Below, one piece after another: positions 20,140-31,328 of a DNA stretch of 64,000 nucleotides (the stretch's first letter is position 1; each line of letters starts with the position of its first letter). Source of the DNA: Desulfuromonadales bacterium (GTDB lineage Bacteria; Desulfobacterota; Desulfuromonadia; Desulfuromonadales; JAHYIW01); NCBI GenBank assembly GCA_029210745.1, contig JARGFI010000007.1, positions 1,623 to 65,622 on the forward strand. The letters are read 5' to 3'. The notes beneath the pieces were generated by a model. The model saw nothing but the letters and a program-made list of their open reading frames with translations. It did no database searches and was not told the DNA's origin. Both the position numbers and the translations under genes were made by a program.

Positions 20140-20733
20140 TCAATCGTGATGAGTTAAGAAACTGATTACCTGACGTAGCGCTGCGCCCCGATGGCTGATG
20201 CGATTTTTTGTTGCTAACGACAGCTCGGCCATCGTCTTGCCGTATGCGGGGACGAGGAACAGTGGATCGTAACCGAAACCACCGTCCCCCCGGGCATCAT
20301 TCTGGATCCGTCCGGAAACCTGCCCGGCAAAAATTCGGCAGCTGTTGTCGTCCGGATCGAACAGAGCCATTCGGCACACAAAAGCGGCACTGCGTTGCTC
20401 AACCGGGACTGCCGCCAGTTCGGCAAGCAATTTGGCGTTGTTGGCAGCGTCATCCGCAGCGGGACCGGCATAACGAGCGGAGTGAACTCCCGGACGGCCA
20501 TCAAGGGCCGCAACCGTCAGTCCCGAGTCGTCAGCCAGGGTGAGCACACCGGTAATGTGGGCAACGGTTTCGGCTTTCAGCCGCGCATTGTCCTCAAATG
20601 TCGCGCCGGTTTCTTCAATCTCACCAATCTGTGGAAAGCGGTCAAGTCCGACGACCTCAATTCCGGAGGGTGCCAAAAGACGGTAAATTTCTTTGAGCTT
20701 TCCTTGATTGCGCGTTGCTACGACCAACTTCAT
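20140..20733 (-). CDS. rdgB: dITP/XTP pyrophosphatase
   Basis: MKLVVATRNQGK, ADDSGL, GFGYDP, KNRISHRG; start moved to ATG 20733. Confidence 0.95.
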   Translation of the reverse strand: MKLVVATRNQGKLKEIYRLLAPSGIEVVGLDRFPQIGEIEETGATFEDNARLKAETVAHITGVLTLADDSGLTVAALDGRPGVHSARYAGPAADDAANNAKLLAELAAVPVEQRSAAFVCRMALFDPDDNSCRIFAGQVSGRIQNDARGDGGFGYDPLFLVPAYGKTMAELSLATKNRISHRGAALRQVISFLTHHD

Positions 20734-20737
20734 GACA

Positions 20738-21466
20738 CTATTCCAACGCTTCTTTCTGCAGGATTGCCAACGTTTGACAGCCGCGAATGGCAAGGTCGCG
20801 CATTTTTTCGAGATCTGCTGCCGTGAACGGCTTTTCTTCGGCGGTGCCTTGTATCTCAACAAAATTTCCGGCGCCAGTAATGACAAAATTCATATCAACA
20901 TCAGCGGTAGAATCTTCGGTGTAGTTCAGATCCAGCAACGGAACCCCCTTGACCATACCGACACTGATTGCGGCGACACTGTCAAGTAATGGCGATTTTA
21001 TCAGATCACCATGACGAATCAGCGTTCCAATGGCATCACATAGCGCGATGTAGGCACCGCTAATCGATGCTGTCCGGGTCCCGCCGTCAGCTTGCAGAAC
21101 ATCGCAATCGATCTGAATCGTCCGTTCCCCCAGTGCATCAAGATCGGTAATCGCGCGCAGCGAGCGACCGATCAGGCGTTGAATCTCATGCGTCCGTCCG
21201 CCAATCTTGCCCCGCGTCGCCTCCCGTGGTGAACGGCTGTGGGTCGCACGGGGAAGCATCGAATATTCGGCCGTCACCCAGCCACGCCCGGAACCGCGCA
21301 TAAATGGCGGGACGTGATCTTCGACCGAAGCAGTGCAGAGCACTTTTGTGCCGCCGCAGGTGATGAGAACCGAGCCTTCTGCATAACAGGTAAAGTTGCG
21401 GTTAAAGGTGATCGGACGAAGGGCGTCGGGGGGGCGTTGGTCGATGCGGGTCGGGATCTGTGTCAT
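20738..21466 (-). CDS. rph: Ribonuclease PH
   Basis: [34 protein letters not shown]. Confidence 0.97.
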   Translation of the reverse strand: MTQIPTRIDQRPPDALRPITFNRNFTCYAEGSVLITCGGTKVLCTASVEDHVPPFMRGSGRGWVTAEYSMLPRATHSRSPREATRGKIGGRTHEIQRLIGRSLRAITDLDALGERTIQIDCDVLQADGGTRTASISGAYIALCDAIGTLIRHGDLIKSPLLDSVAAISVGMVKGVPLLDLNYTEDSTADVDMNFVITGAGNFVEIQGTAEEKPFTAADLEKMRDLAIRGCQTLAILQKEALE

Positions 21467-22545
21467 CAAGGGGACTCCGAGGTGGTATGGATATAAGTGT
21501 CGAGACCGGTATAGAGTGCGGCAACCATTTTGTCGCGTTCCTCCGGCGTAGTCAGCGTGGTTGCGTCTTTCGGGTTGGTAAGATAACCGAGTTCAATGAG
21601 GACTGTTGGCAGGTCGCCGCGGCCGAGCGGGACAAGCGGTGCGGAATGCACCTCATTGACATCAAATCCGGCGCGAAGCAACGCGCTCCTTAGCTCCCGC
21701 GCCAGTCTCAAGCTCTCGCTGAGGTCATCCCCCCCCATTTTTTCGGAACGTTCATCCGGGCGGACAAAGAGGTCAATGCCGTGTGTGCGTGCGTCAAATG
21801 CTGCCTGGGCGTGGAAGATCAGAAAAACGTCAACATCGGTGCGTTGGGCCGGTTTGGCGCGATCTCCCGCAGCGGGGGCGTAATCGTCATCGCGGCTTAA
21901 ATAGACCGGGATGCCGAGTTTCATTTTCGTCAGTCGGGCAAGACGAGCTGCCATCGCCAGGGTCATATCTTTTTCTTTGACCCCGGAGGCGTTGAGCGTG
22001 CCGGGATCGTTCCCGCCATGACCGGGGTCAATCGCCAGCGCGCGCATCCGGGGACGATCCGGAGAAGAATCCTTACGCGACAAAAACGAAAAAAAACCTT
22101 CCAGCGTTGCTTCTTTCGAGGTTGTGTCAGCTGTTTGCGGATTGAGATTGCGATAGTAGAGGGGATAGCCGAGCACCAGCGGCAGCTGGGTGGTGACGAA
22201 CCCCTCAGACACACGGAGCTTTCCGTCGATAAAGCGTGGTTTGTGCTCCAGTGGAATGAAGCGCTCGCCGAAGCGCACATAGTTGCTGCCAGGGGAAATG
22301 ATGGCCTTACCGTCGTGCAGATTCAGTCGGTAGACATGCTCCGTTGAATCCCATTGACCACTGAGTCCCAGAATCTTTTCCACCTCGTCGATCGGCAGAT
22401 AAGAAATCCCCTGCTGCTGGTAGACTTCCTCGATCAATACCGGGGGTTCTCCCGGCGGAGCCAATTCAACAACGGCCACAACACCGGTGGGGGTCAATGC
22501 CAAAAAGAGCAGTGTAAATAAAAAGTTTTGCAGCGCATGGTGCAT
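21466..22545 (-). CDS. N-acetylmuramoyl-L-alanine amidase (Amidase_3)
   Basis: Signal peptide, [26 protein letters not shown]. Confidence 0.85.
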   Translation of the reverse strand: MHHALQNFLFTLLFLALTPTGVVAVVELAPPGEPPVLIEEVYQQQGISYLPIDEVEKILGLSGQWDSTEHVYRLNLHDGKAIISPGSNYVRFGERFIPLEHKPRFIDGKLRVSEGFVTTQLPLVLGYPLYYRNLNPQTADTTSKEATLEGFFSFLSRKDSSPDRPRMRALAIDPGHGGNDPGTLNASGVKEKDMTLAMAARLARLTKMKLGIPVYLSRDDDYAPAAGDRAKPAQRTDVDVFLIFHAQAAFDARTHGIDLFVRPDERSEKMGGDDLSESLRLARELRSALLRAGFDVNEVHSAPLVPLGRGDLPTVLIELGYLTNPKDATTLTTPEERDKMVAALYTGLDTYIHTTSESP

Positions 22546-22615
22546 CGCGTTTATCCTTCTACCGCTTCGACCGGTTGTCTGTGCTCCGGTTTTATACGTT
22601 ACTCTTCGCTATCTG

Positions 22616-23668
22616 TCAACGCGTTGCTCCGTGGTCATCCGGGAGCAAGCGCACCGCCGTGACAACGGGGCGTTCAAGGCTTTCCAGCAGTCGTTTCGCA
22701 AAAAGTTCAAGTAGCTCATCCAGGTTTACATCATCGGCAAGAGGTTTGATCTGCCCGCCGGCAGTCATGCCATGACCGCCGCCACTGCCGTAACCGTCGA
22801 TCGTACGGCGCATCAAACGCCCGGCGGAAAGATCGTAACTGGCGACCCGCAGTGACAAAATCCCTTCGTGCTGGTAACGACCCATGGCAAGAACACTATC
22901 CACGCCCTCTACGCGCAATAGAAAATCAGCCATTTCCGCGACTATGTCGGGGTTGTTGATCTGGCCGAGGTTGCAGGTCAACAGTGAATTATACAGCTGC
23001 GCCTTGGCCAGCGCCCGGTGAAAGAGATGAAAATACGAGCGCGGCAGTGACGGGTGGGTAATCCGGTAGAGGATCTGGTTGTTGGCCAGGTGGAGCAGAT
23101 TCAGGTAAGATGCTCGATCTGATGGCGACCATTCGCGACCGAGATCCTGGGTTTCCGTTTTGATGGCGTAAAAAAGGATTGTCGCCAGTTTGGTGCCGAT
23201 ATAAACCTTGCTGGCGAGCAGATATTCATAAAGGATCGTTGCACAGGCACCGTAATCTTCGCGAATATCATGCCAGCGGCAAAGATCGATGGACTGCTGC
23301 CGAGGATGATGGTCGATAACAATATCGATCTTGCGGTCGGCAGGGAAAGAGTTGTTGCCGGTCCCCGGCTGGGTATCGACCAGGCAGGTAATCGCATAAT
23401 CGTCAAAATTGATTCGATCTATCGGGACAGTACAGATTTCCAGCTCCCGAACCATGGTGCGGTTCTCGCCGCGACCGATAATGCCGCCGAAAGTGATGGT
23501 TGCTTCCTGCCTGGTTTCGCAGCTAAATATCTGCTGCAGAGCATACGCCGAAGCCAGCGCGTCAGGATCGGGATTATCATGCGTCACGATCAGAATGCGC
23601 CCTTTGCCGCGCACCCAGTCAATGATGGCAGAAGATATTTCGCTGGAACGGGCCGAGTCAATAAGCAT
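22616..23668 (-). CDS. DHH family phosphoesterase
   Basis: HDNPDPDA, VIDHH, GGGH. Confidence 0.9.
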   Translation of the reverse strand: MLIDSARSSEISSAIIDWVRGKGRILIVTHDNPDPDALASAYALQQIFSCETRQEATITFGGIIGRGENRTMVRELEICTVPIDRINFDDYAITCLVDTQPGTGNNSFPADRKIDIVIDHHPRQQSIDLCRWHDIREDYGACATILYEYLLASKVYIGTKLATILFYAIKTETQDLGREWSPSDRASYLNLLHLANNQILYRITHPSLPRSYFHLFHRALAKAQLYNSLLTCNLGQINNPDIVAEMADFLLRVEGVDSVLAMGRYQHEGILSLRVASYDLSAGRLMRRTIDGYGSGGGHGMTAGGQIKPLADDVNLDELLELFAKRLLESLERPVVTAVRLLPDDHGATR

Positions 23669-24132
23669 CAGTCGTCTTTCGCAACAGCGGTGAGAACGGC
23701 AGTAACAGCCTCCGCCGGAGAGGTGACGGTCAACAGACCGGCAACGTGATGTTGACAGTTGAGCGCGAAGACCGGCTTGTTGAGTTTCAAGCCGATGGCA
23801 ATTTCGGAGAGGGTACCGAGTTCCCCCTCAATGGCGATGAGTGCCTGGGCGCTGTGGGCAATAATGATATTGCGTGCGTGCCCCATGTTGGTTGCAATCG
23901 GGTAGGTGACATAGGGATTGGCGGCGGCAACGTCAGCTCCGGGAAGGATGCCCAGCACGGTGCCGCCCGCCTGCGTACAGCCGCGTGCGGCAGCGGTCAT
24001 GATGCCACCGAGACCGCCGCAGACAATTGTACACTTATGCTCGGCAAGCAGAGCCCCGACCTGCTCGGCAAGTTCACACCCCTTAACCGACGCATGTGCC
24101 GCGCCGATGATGCCGATAATCGGTTGTTGCAT
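23668..24132 (-). CDS. TIGR00725 family LOG-like protein
   Basis: CGGLGGIM..AARG, GILPG, ARN, GTLSE. Confidence 0.88.
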   Translation of the reverse strand: MQQPIIGIIGAAHASVKGCELAEQVGALLAEHKCTIVCGGLGGIMTAAARGCTQAGGTVLGILPGADVAAANPYVTYPIATNMGHARNIIIAHSAQALIAIEGELGTLSEIAIGLKLNKPVFALNCQHHVAGLLTVTSPAEAVTAVLTAVAKDD

Positions 24133-24255
24133 TAAACCTCCTCAGTATCCGAATGGGTTAATCTAGTATGTCGATGGCCGGATACAAGTGGTTTTGTCAC
24201 CAGGTTGTCTCACCAGAGAAGGCTGCGTTGCCCCGCATGTCGGGGTTTGTAAAAG

Positions 24256-24474
24256 CTATTTGGGGGAAACGCCTGAATCCCCCCTGGCCCGCAACGTAGC
24301 GACCGGAAGACCGCGAATGCCCCAGTTTTCCGGGGGGATTTCTTCAATAACGACATGTGTCGAAGCGGGGTTCTTTTTTAAAATTTTGGTGAGCAGATCA
24401 GTGATCCCCTCGATCAATTGTGCTTTCTGCTCGGCACTGGCACCGGTGGTGATTTTGACGTTAACGAACGGCAT
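24256..24474 (-). CDS. 4-oxalocrotonate tautomerase family protein
   Basis: Catalytic N-terminal Pro (MPFVNVK), EQK..LI, NWGIRG. Confidence 0.9.
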   Translation of the reverse strand: MPFVNVKITTGASAEQKAQLIEGITDLLTKILKKNPASTHVVIEEIPPENWGIRGLPVATLRARGDSGVSPK

Positions 24475-24566
24475 GAGAGTTTCCTTTCCAGAGGATTGAG
24501 ATTAGCAGTCTAACGCAATTTCTTCCCGGCCACAATTACCGACGCATATTCTGCCTCAGCAAATCG

Positions 24567-24595
24567 TTGCACTCAATGAATATTCCGCATACAAT
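24567..24595 (+). promoter_or_regulatory. Putative sigma70 promoter
   Basis: TTGCAC-17nt-TACAAT upstream of the DUF4019 gene. Confidence 0.55.
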
Positions 24596-24640
24596 GCCGA
24601 TTCAATTTCGTTGACTGGACGTAACATTCTGGAGGTTCCC

Positions 24641-25084
24641 TTGATTCCCAAGCAATTTCGTATTCATGCCGTTCTCGCTCTTGCCGTTCTGGTGATGATT
24701 ATTTTCCCGTTGTTGAGCAATAAACCTGAAGGGTATAAAGCTGAAGAAGCTACCGCTGCCGCAAGTGAGTTCCTTGCCCTGATCGATGCGGGCAGGTTTG
24801 ATCAAAGCTGGCAGGTGTCTGCACAAGTGCTGAAGGAGAAAATCACCCAGGCCGACTGGAACAAACATCTGGCCACTTCGCGTCAGCGTACCGGGGCCAT
24901 TGTTGCGCGGCAGGAACCGGATCTCAGCTATGCGTCGATGGCCGCGGACAGCACCGCCAAGGGGGAGTATATCGTGCTCCTTTACTCCTCTGACTTCGAG
25001 CAGGTAAAAGATCTTTCGGAGACGATCACGGTAATGCTTGAGGAGGACAAGGTCTGGCGCGTCGCCGGGTACTTCATCCAATAA
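24641..25084 (+). CDS. DUF4019 family protein
   Basis: TM then FL.LID.G.F..SW and C-terminal WRVAGYFIQ; TTG start behind GGAGG. Confidence 0.75.
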   Translation: MIPKQFRIHAVLALAVLVMIIFPLLSNKPEGYKAEEATAAASEFLALIDAGRFDQSWQVSAQVLKEKITQADWNKHLATSRQRTGAIVARQEPDLSYASMAADSTAKGEYIVLLYSSDFEQVKDLSETITVMLEEDKVWRVAGYFIQ

Positions 25085-25147
25085 ATAGTCGTCCGCTGCA
25101 ATCACATCAAACCGGAAATTGCGCGGATTGCGCCTTTGGCGTGATGC

Positions 25148-26533
25148 TTATTCCAGCAATTCCGCCATGATCGCCAACGCCGCCCGGCGTCCATCGGCCG
25201 CTGCCGTTACGACCAGATCAGCGCCGCGCTGACAATCACCCCCCGCAAAGACCTTGGGGTGAGAGGTTCTGCCGGTGGCGGGATCGACAAGGATTTCACC
25301 CCACGCTCCCTGTTTGATGTGTGCGTCGTCAATAAATGGCAACGGTGCAACGTCAAAACCCAGTGCCATGATCACGACATCGGCCGGAATGCAATGTTCA
25401 CTGCCACTTGTTATGCTGACGCGTCGACGCCCCGAGTCGTCCGCTTCGCCCAATGTGGTACGCATTGCATCGACGCCGACCACTGCGTCGTTTACGATAT
25501 CGATACCACAAGGGGCGGTGTGAAACATGAAATTGACCCCCTCTTCGACCGCGTTCAAATATTCTTTGCGACTCCCCGGCATATTCTCCTCATCACGTCG
25601 ATAGAGGCAGATAACACTTTCCGCCCCCTCACGCATGGCGCTGCGGACGCAGTCCATCGCCGTGTCCCCGCCGCCGATCACCACCACCCGCTTGCCCAGC
25701 ACACTGAACCGTTCCGACCAGTCCTTGCCGTAGAGGCGACGTTGCACGTTGGTCAAAAAATCCATGGCCAGGTGGACCTGCGGATGATCATCATGCGGGA
25801 GATTCGCCGCTCTGCCCTGGGTGGCACCGACTCCGAGAAAGACCGCATCGTGGGTGTCAAGCAGTTCGGTAAACGAGATGTTGTCACCGACCGCACTGTT
25901 CAGGAGCAGGGTCAGTCCGGCCTGTTTGAGAAGTGCAAAGCGCCGCCGTACCGTTTCCTTGTCCATCTTGAAGCCGGGAATGCCGTAGGTCAGCAGCCCC
26001 CCGGGAAGATCCGCGCGTTCATACGTCGTCACGCCGATTCCGGCGCGAAGCAGGAAATGGGCACAACTCATTCCCGCCGGCCCCGAACCGATCACGGCAA
26101 CCTTTTTGTTACTGGTAATGCCGGGGAAGGGGAGACGGTAGCCCGCCTTGAAGGCCAGATCGGTAATTGAGGCTTCGATCGGGCCGATGGTAATGGCGCC
26201 GTAACCATCTTCCAGGGTACAGGCGCCCTCGCAAAGGCGGTTATGGGGGCAAACCCGACCAAGAATTTCCGGAAAGGGGGAACTCTCGTTCGAGAGCAAA
26301 AAGGCTTTTTCGAGATCTTTTTCCGCAATGGCTTCGAGCCACTGCGGGATATAGTTGTGCAGCGGGCAGCCGAGCGTGGTGCAGAACGGATCGCCGCATT
26401 GGACGCAACGTTCCGCCTGCCGTGCGACGATGCGATCATTGAAAAATTGATAGATCTCGTCGAAGGTGTGCAGCCGAATGCTGACATCTTCCTTATAGGG
26501 GTCGTGGCGCTGGTGCTCGATAAATCCTTGCAT
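25148..26533 (-). CDS. gltD: Glutamate synthase small subunit
   Basis: RCVQCGDPFC..CP, LGRVCP, GSGPAG, GGGDTAMD. Confidence 0.95.
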   Translation of the reverse strand: MQGFIEHQRHDPYKEDVSIRLHTFDEIYQFFNDRIVARQAERCVQCGDPFCTTLGCPLHNYIPQWLEAIAEKDLEKAFLLSNESSPFPEILGRVCPHNRLCEGACTLEDGYGAITIGPIEASITDLAFKAGYRLPFPGITSNKKVAVIGSGPAGMSCAHFLLRAGIGVTTYERADLPGGLLTYGIPGFKMDKETVRRRFALLKQAGLTLLLNSAVGDNISFTELLDTHDAVFLGVGATQGRAANLPHDDHPQVHLAMDFLTNVQRRLYGKDWSERFSVLGKRVVVIGGGDTAMDCVRSAMREGAESVICLYRRDEENMPGSRKEYLNAVEEGVNFMFHTAPCGIDIVNDAVVGVDAMRTTLGEADDSGRRRVSITSGSEHCIPADVVIMALGFDVAPLPFIDDAHIKQGAWGEILVDPATGRTSHPKVFAGGDCQRGADLVVTAAADGRRAALAIMAELLE

Positions 26534-26536
26534 CGA

Positions 26537-29500
26537 TCAATCCCCTTCCTTGGGATTCAATGGGGCTTTCATGTTTTTCGGGGTGACCATCCAGAAATAG
26601 GCCATTTCTTCTCGAAAATCGTTGAGAATAAAGTGTGCCTTGGGGCTGCGCGTGCGATTGTGGAAGCTGGTCAGGATCTGTTTAAGGTAGAGTTTGGCCT
26701 CGCTGTCTTCGTCGACGTCAATGCGGCGCGCTTCGACCAGCTCGCGATTGAGATTATCCATGAAAGTTTTGTTGCGATCGTAGACGAAAGCCGCACCGCC
26801 AGTCATCCCGGCTCCGAAGTTGATGCCGGTTTCACCCAGCACGACCACGGTGCCGCCGGTCATATACTCACAGGGGTGATCGCCGGTGCCTTCAACCACC
26901 GCCAGGGCGCCGGAATTGCGCACGGCGAAACGTTCTCCGGCCCGCCCGGCAACGAACAGTTTACCGCCCGTCGCGCCGTAAAGACAGGTATTGCCGACGG
27001 CAGCTCCGCCTTCGGAGTAAACGCGCGGCGTGACTATAATCCGTCCGGCGCTCATCCCTTTGCCGACATAGTCGTTGGCCACGCCGGTGAGAAAAATGCT
27101 TACGCCGTGAATCAGAAATGCGCCGAGTGATTGTCCGGCAACCCCGGTGAGTTTAAAGGTGATGGCGTCTTTCGGCAACCCCGAGTCGCCGTAATATTTG
27201 GCAATTTCACCGCTGGTCAGCGCTCCGAAAGAGCGGTTGAGATTGCAGATCTCGCGTTCAACCACCAGCTCCTCGCGTGGATTACGAATGACCGCCGAGA
27301 CCTCCTTCAAGATCTCTTTTTCGAAGCTGTTGCTATCGTAGGGGTGGTTGCGGCGTTGCCAGGTGTTGATCCCGTCGATCGGTCTTAATACCTCAGAAAA
27401 GTCGAACGGCGTGGCACCTTCGTCAGTACTTTTGCGCAGCAGTTCGACGTGGCCGATGATTTCGTCGAGGGAGCGATAACCGAGTTCAGCGAGAATTTCA
27501 CGCACATCTTCAGCAACGTTCTGCAGGTAGGCAACGACCTTGTCGACGGTTCCGACGAAGTGGCTGCGTAAGGTCTGGTCTTGTGTTGCCACACCGACGG
27601 TACAGCGATTGAGGTGGCAGATACGCAACAGCTTGCAGCCCAGCATCACCAGCAGCGGGGTGCCAAAACCGAAGTATTCGGCCCCGAGAATGGCCGCCTT
27701 GACGACATCCTGGCCGATTTTAAGGCCACCGTCAGTCTGGAGTTCGACCAACTCGCGCAGGTTGTTGGCTTTGAGGCTCTGGTGCGCCTCACTCAGTCCC
27801 AGTTCCCAGGGATTCCCGGCGTGTTTGATCGAAGTGCGTGGGGCTGCGCCGGTGCCGCCGTCGGCTCCGGAGATGATGATGCGATCGGCATAGGCCTTGA
27901 CAACGCCAGCGGCGATGGTGCCGACCCCTTCACTGGAAACCAGCTTGACACTGATCCGGGCATCGGGATTGACCTGCTTAAGGTCAAAAATTAACTGCGC
28001 CAGATCTTCAATAGAGTAGATGTCGTGGTGTGGCGGAGGGGAAATCAGCGTCACTCCCGGCACCGTAAAGCGCAGTGCCGCAATCAGTGGCGAAACTTTT
28101 TCACCGGGCAGTTGCCCCCCTTCACCTGGTTTCGCCCCCTGAGCGATCTTGATCTGAATCTCCTCGGCACTGCGCAGATAGGCGGGGGTAACGCCGAAAC
28201 GGCCTGAGGCGATCTGCTTGATCTTGCTGTTCAGCGGAGAATTCAAACGTTCGGGAGCCTCGCCTCCTTCACCGCTGTTGGAACAGCCACCGAGTATGCG
28301 CATCGCCTCGGCGAGTGCCTGGTGGGCCTCGGGGGAAATTGATCCGAGCGACATTGCCGCTGAATCAAAACGTCGGGTAATCGCGGCAACCGGCTCGACC
28401 TGCTCAAGGGGAATGGGCTGACGCGACGATTGGAAATCGAGAAAATCACGGACAAAGCGCAGTCCGCGACCGGCGATCATCTCACGAAAACGCAGGTAAT
28501 CGGAGCGCATGCGGGTTTCTGCAAAATGGTGAATGGTGGTGATGACCTGCGAGTTGAAGTCGTGATATTCGCCGCCGGGATTATCACGGTTGGCGCTGCC
28601 AATCAACAGGGGATAGATCGGCAGGAGGTGGTTTTCCTTGAAAACCTGGTGATGAATTTTATTGATCCGCGCCTCAAGGGCTGCAAAATCGAGTCCTGGA
28701 AGGAGCCCGGCTGAAGCGGGAAAACAACGGTCAACAACCTCGTCGGCCAGGCCAATGATGTCAAAGAGAGCCGCATTACGGTAGCTTGAAACGGTGCTGA
28801 TGCCCATTTTCGAGATGATTTTGAGGACCCCTTTGGTCATTGCATCGTACACATTTTTCAGTCCCTGACGGGTTTCCCGATGCCCCGCATGATTGCGTTC
28901 CAGGGTGCGCAGCGCGGTGGCATAAAGCAGCCAGGGGTAGATGGCGAGGGCACCGCAGCCGACCAGGACACAGGCGTCGTGAGTGTTGGTTACTTCAGCG
29001 CTGACCGCGACCAGTGCGGTCAGATGACGCAGCTGCTCGTCGAGCAGACGCTGATTGAGATAGCCGACAGCGAGTGCCATCGGCATCAGTCGATGGTCTG
29101 CGTCCAGGCCGCGATCATCCAGAATGACGATCCTCACGCCATCATTTCGAACCGCCGCAACAACCTGATCACCAAGCTGTCGCAGTGCGCCGTCAAGATC
29201 GGTGTGGAAGGTGATCGAAAAGGTTGCGTGCCGGTAGTCGGGTTCAAAACGGGGTTTACTTGGGTCGCCGAACGAAAGGAGGGCATCAAAAATGTCACTC
29301 GACAGTAACGGGGAGATGCTCTTCAGCCGGCGACCGCGATCGGGGGTTTCGATCAACGGATTGCCGATCAGGCCAAAACCAATCGTTGACGACATTATCG
29401 CGCGCTCGCGATAGGGGTCGATGGGGGGATTGGTCACCTGGGCAAATTTCTGGCGGAAGAAATCGCTGAAATTACGCTGCACTTCAGAAAAAGCTGCCAG

Positions 29501-30982
29501 TGGAGCGTCGTCTCCCATGGATGACGTCGGTTCGCGACCGTCACGCAACATCGGTTTGATATTTTCTTCAACCGTCTCATGGGTAATGTTGTGGTAGCGT
29601 TGGAAGAGATTCAGTTGCGGCAGGTCGTCGTAGTGAATATCTCCCAGTTCCTCGAACTGATGTTCGATAAATTCCTGCAAATAACGGGTGTTGTCAGTCA
29701 GCCAATCGCTATACGGTTGTGATTCCATCAGATAGCGGTCGATATCGCTGGTCTTGAAAATCTCCCCGCTCTTCAGGTCGGCGGCAATCATTTCACCACT
29801 CTGGAGCCGTCCCCGTTCGCGGATTTTTCCCGGCGGGGTACCAAGAACGCCGTATTCGCTGGTCAGCAACAGGAGGTCATCAGTCGTCAGGACATATTTG
29901 GCCGGGCGCAGTCCGTTACGGTCAAGCATGCAGGCCACATAGCGGCCATTGGTCAGACTGACCGCCGCAGGTCCATCCCAGGGTTCCCATGCGGCAGAGA
30001 TATACTCGTAGAACGCCCGTAATTTGGCGGGCATGTTGGCGACGTTGTGGCGTGCCGGAGGGATGAGCATCCGCGCCGCCTTGAAGAAATCGACGCCGTT
30101 GACGAGCAGAAATTCGAACATATTGTCAAGATTGGCACTGTCACTCACCCCTCCCTGCAAAACCGGCAACAACCGCGCCAGCTCCTCGTCGGAAAAGATT
30201 TGACTGCGAAACGCTGCTGATTTGGCGACAGCATTGAAGCGGTTGGCGCGAATCGAGTTGATTTCGCCGTTATGGGCCAGATTGCGAAATGGTTGCGCCA
30301 GTCGCCACTGCGGCAGGGTGTTTGTTGAAAAACGCTGGTGAAAGAGGATGTAACCGGTGGTAAAAGCCGGGTCAGCAAGATCAGGATAAAGTTGGCGCAG
30401 GCGATTTGGTATCACCAGCCCCTTGTAGGAGATCAGTTCGCGGGACAGGGTCGAGATGTAAAAATCCCGTTCATCACGCAGTTCCCGTTCAATATCTTTG
30501 CGTGTCAGGTAGAGGAGTGCATCGAAGCGTTTGGTGGCGATCAGCTCACGCGGGGTGACAAAAACCTGAACAATGCGCGGCAGACGGTCGCGCGCGTAAG
30601 CGCCGAGCGCATCAAGCTCCAGCGGCACATCGCGGTGCAGCAGAAGCTGAAGGTCATTCTGTTCACAGGTCGCGGCAAAAGCGGCAAGTTGTGGTTCCGG
30701 GTTACTGAGAAAAAGCGTGCCGACGGCGAAACATGCGGGCAATGAAACGCCCATCTTTTCGGCTGCCTGGCGCATGAACTGCGTCGGCATGGCACAGAGA
30801 ATCCCGCAACCATCGCCGCTCTTGCCATCGGCAGCGATCGCGCCGCGATGCATCATCCGGCTCAGGGCGTAAATGGCGTCCTCGACAAGTTGGTGGCTTG
30901 GTTCGGCACGCAGGTGGGCCAGTAGACCGAAACCGCAATTGTCGCGGTAATCCTCGGCGGGGTTTTGATTGCGTCTATTCAT
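26537..30982 (-). CDS. gltB: Glutamate synthase large subunit
   Basis: DNCGFG Ntn Cys, HQRFSTNT, AHNGEIN, KIAQGAKPGEGGQLPG, 3Fe-4S C-x5-C-x4-C, GXGXG domain. Confidence 0.97.
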   Translation of the reverse strand: MNRRNQNPAEDYRDNCGFGLLAHLRAEPSHQLVEDAIYALSRMMHRGAIAADGKSGDGCGILCAMPTQFMRQAAEKMGVSLPACFAVGTLFLSNPEPQLAAFAATCEQNDLQLLLHRDVPLELDALGAYARDRLPRIVQVFVTPRELIATKRFDALLYLTRKDIERELRDERDFYISTLSRELISYKGLVIPNRLRQLYPDLADPAFTTGYILFHQRFSTNTLPQWRLAQPFRNLAHNGEINSIRANRFNAVAKSAAFRSQIFSDEELARLLPVLQGGVSDSANLDNMFEFLLVNGVDFFKAARMLIPPARHNVANMPAKLRAFYEYISAAWEPWDGPAAVSLTNGRYVACMLDRNGLRPAKYVLTTDDLLLLTSEYGVLGTPPGKIRERGRLQSGEMIAADLKSGEIFKTSDIDRYLMESQPYSDWLTDNTRYLQEFIEHQFEELGDIHYDDLPQLNLFQRYHNITHETVEENIKPMLRDGREPTSSMGDDAPLAAFSEVQRNFSDFFRQKFAQVTNPPIDPYRERAIMSSTIGFGLIGNPLIETPDRGRRLKSISPLLSSDIFDALLSFGDPSKPRFEPDYRHATFSITFHTDLDGALRQLGDQVVAAVRNDGVRIVILDDRGLDADHRLMPMALAVGYLNQRLLDEQLRHLTALVAVSAEVTNTHDACVLVGCGALAIYPWLLYATALRTLERNHAGHRETRQGLKNVYDAMTKGVLKIISKMGISTVSSYRNAALFDIIGLADEVVDRCFPASAGLLPGLDFAALEARINKIHHQVFKENHLLPIYPLLIGSANRDNPGGEYHDFNSQVITTIHHFAETRMRSDYLRFREMIAGRGLRFVRDFLDFQSSRQPIPLEQVEPVAAITRRFDSAAMSLGSISPEAHQALAEAMRILGGCSNSGEGGEAPERLNSPLNSKIKQIASGRFGVTPAYLRSAEEIQIKIAQGAKPGEGGQLPGEKVSPLIAALRFTVPGVTLISPPPHHDIYSIEDLAQLIFDLKQVNPDARISVKLVSSEGVGTIAAGVVKAYADRIIISGADGGTGAAPRTSIKHAGNPWELGLSEAHQSLKANNLRELVELQTDGGLKIGQDVVKAAILGAEYFGFGTPLLVMLGCKLLRICHLNRCTVGVATQDQTLRSHFVGTVDKVVAYLQNVAEDVREILAELGYRSLDEIIGHVELLRKSTDEGATPFDFSEVLRPIDGINTWQRRNHPYDSNSFEKEILKEVSAVIRNPREELVVEREICNLNRSFGALTSGEIAKYYGDSGLPKDAITFKLTGVAGQSLGAFLIHGVSIFLTGVANDYVGKGMSAGRIIVTPRVYSEGGAAVGNTCLYGATGGKLFVAGRAGERFAVRNSGALAVVEGTGDHPCEYMTGGTVVVLGETGINFGAGMTGGAAFVYDRNKTFMDNLNRELVEARRIDVDEDSEAKLYLKQILTSFHNRTRSPKAHFILNDFREEMAYFWMVTPKNMKAPLNPKEGD

Positions 30983-31328
30983 CGGGCTGATCTCTTTCGG
31001 CGTTGTTCATGAAGATGGCTCAGCCATCGAATTCTTTTTTGCGAGTACATCAATGAAGATAGAATCTTACCTGTCTTTTGCCCGGAAATAAAGGGGCGAG
31101 AAAGAAAAGTTGTGAATTGCGCCCGTGCCAGCGCACCCTGGGTGCAATCGCGGACAACAGCCTTTGCCATCGTAACGGACAGAAAACGGGGAGCGAGGTT
31201 CCGGGGATTGACTGACAAATACGTTGGCGGAGATTACTACCGATAGACGACCGGAAAAGGAACAGAAACAGGAGCACTCAGCTGGCAAAACAGACACAAG
31301 AACGCTGCATCTGCTTTTCGCCAACGAA

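Noticed and set aside
31112-31147. Sigma54 or NtrC site upstream of gltB (CTGGCACG; TGCACC-N3-GGTGCG)
   Set aside because: The -24 box matches but there is no GC at -12; the palindrome spacing is shorter than the NtrC consensus
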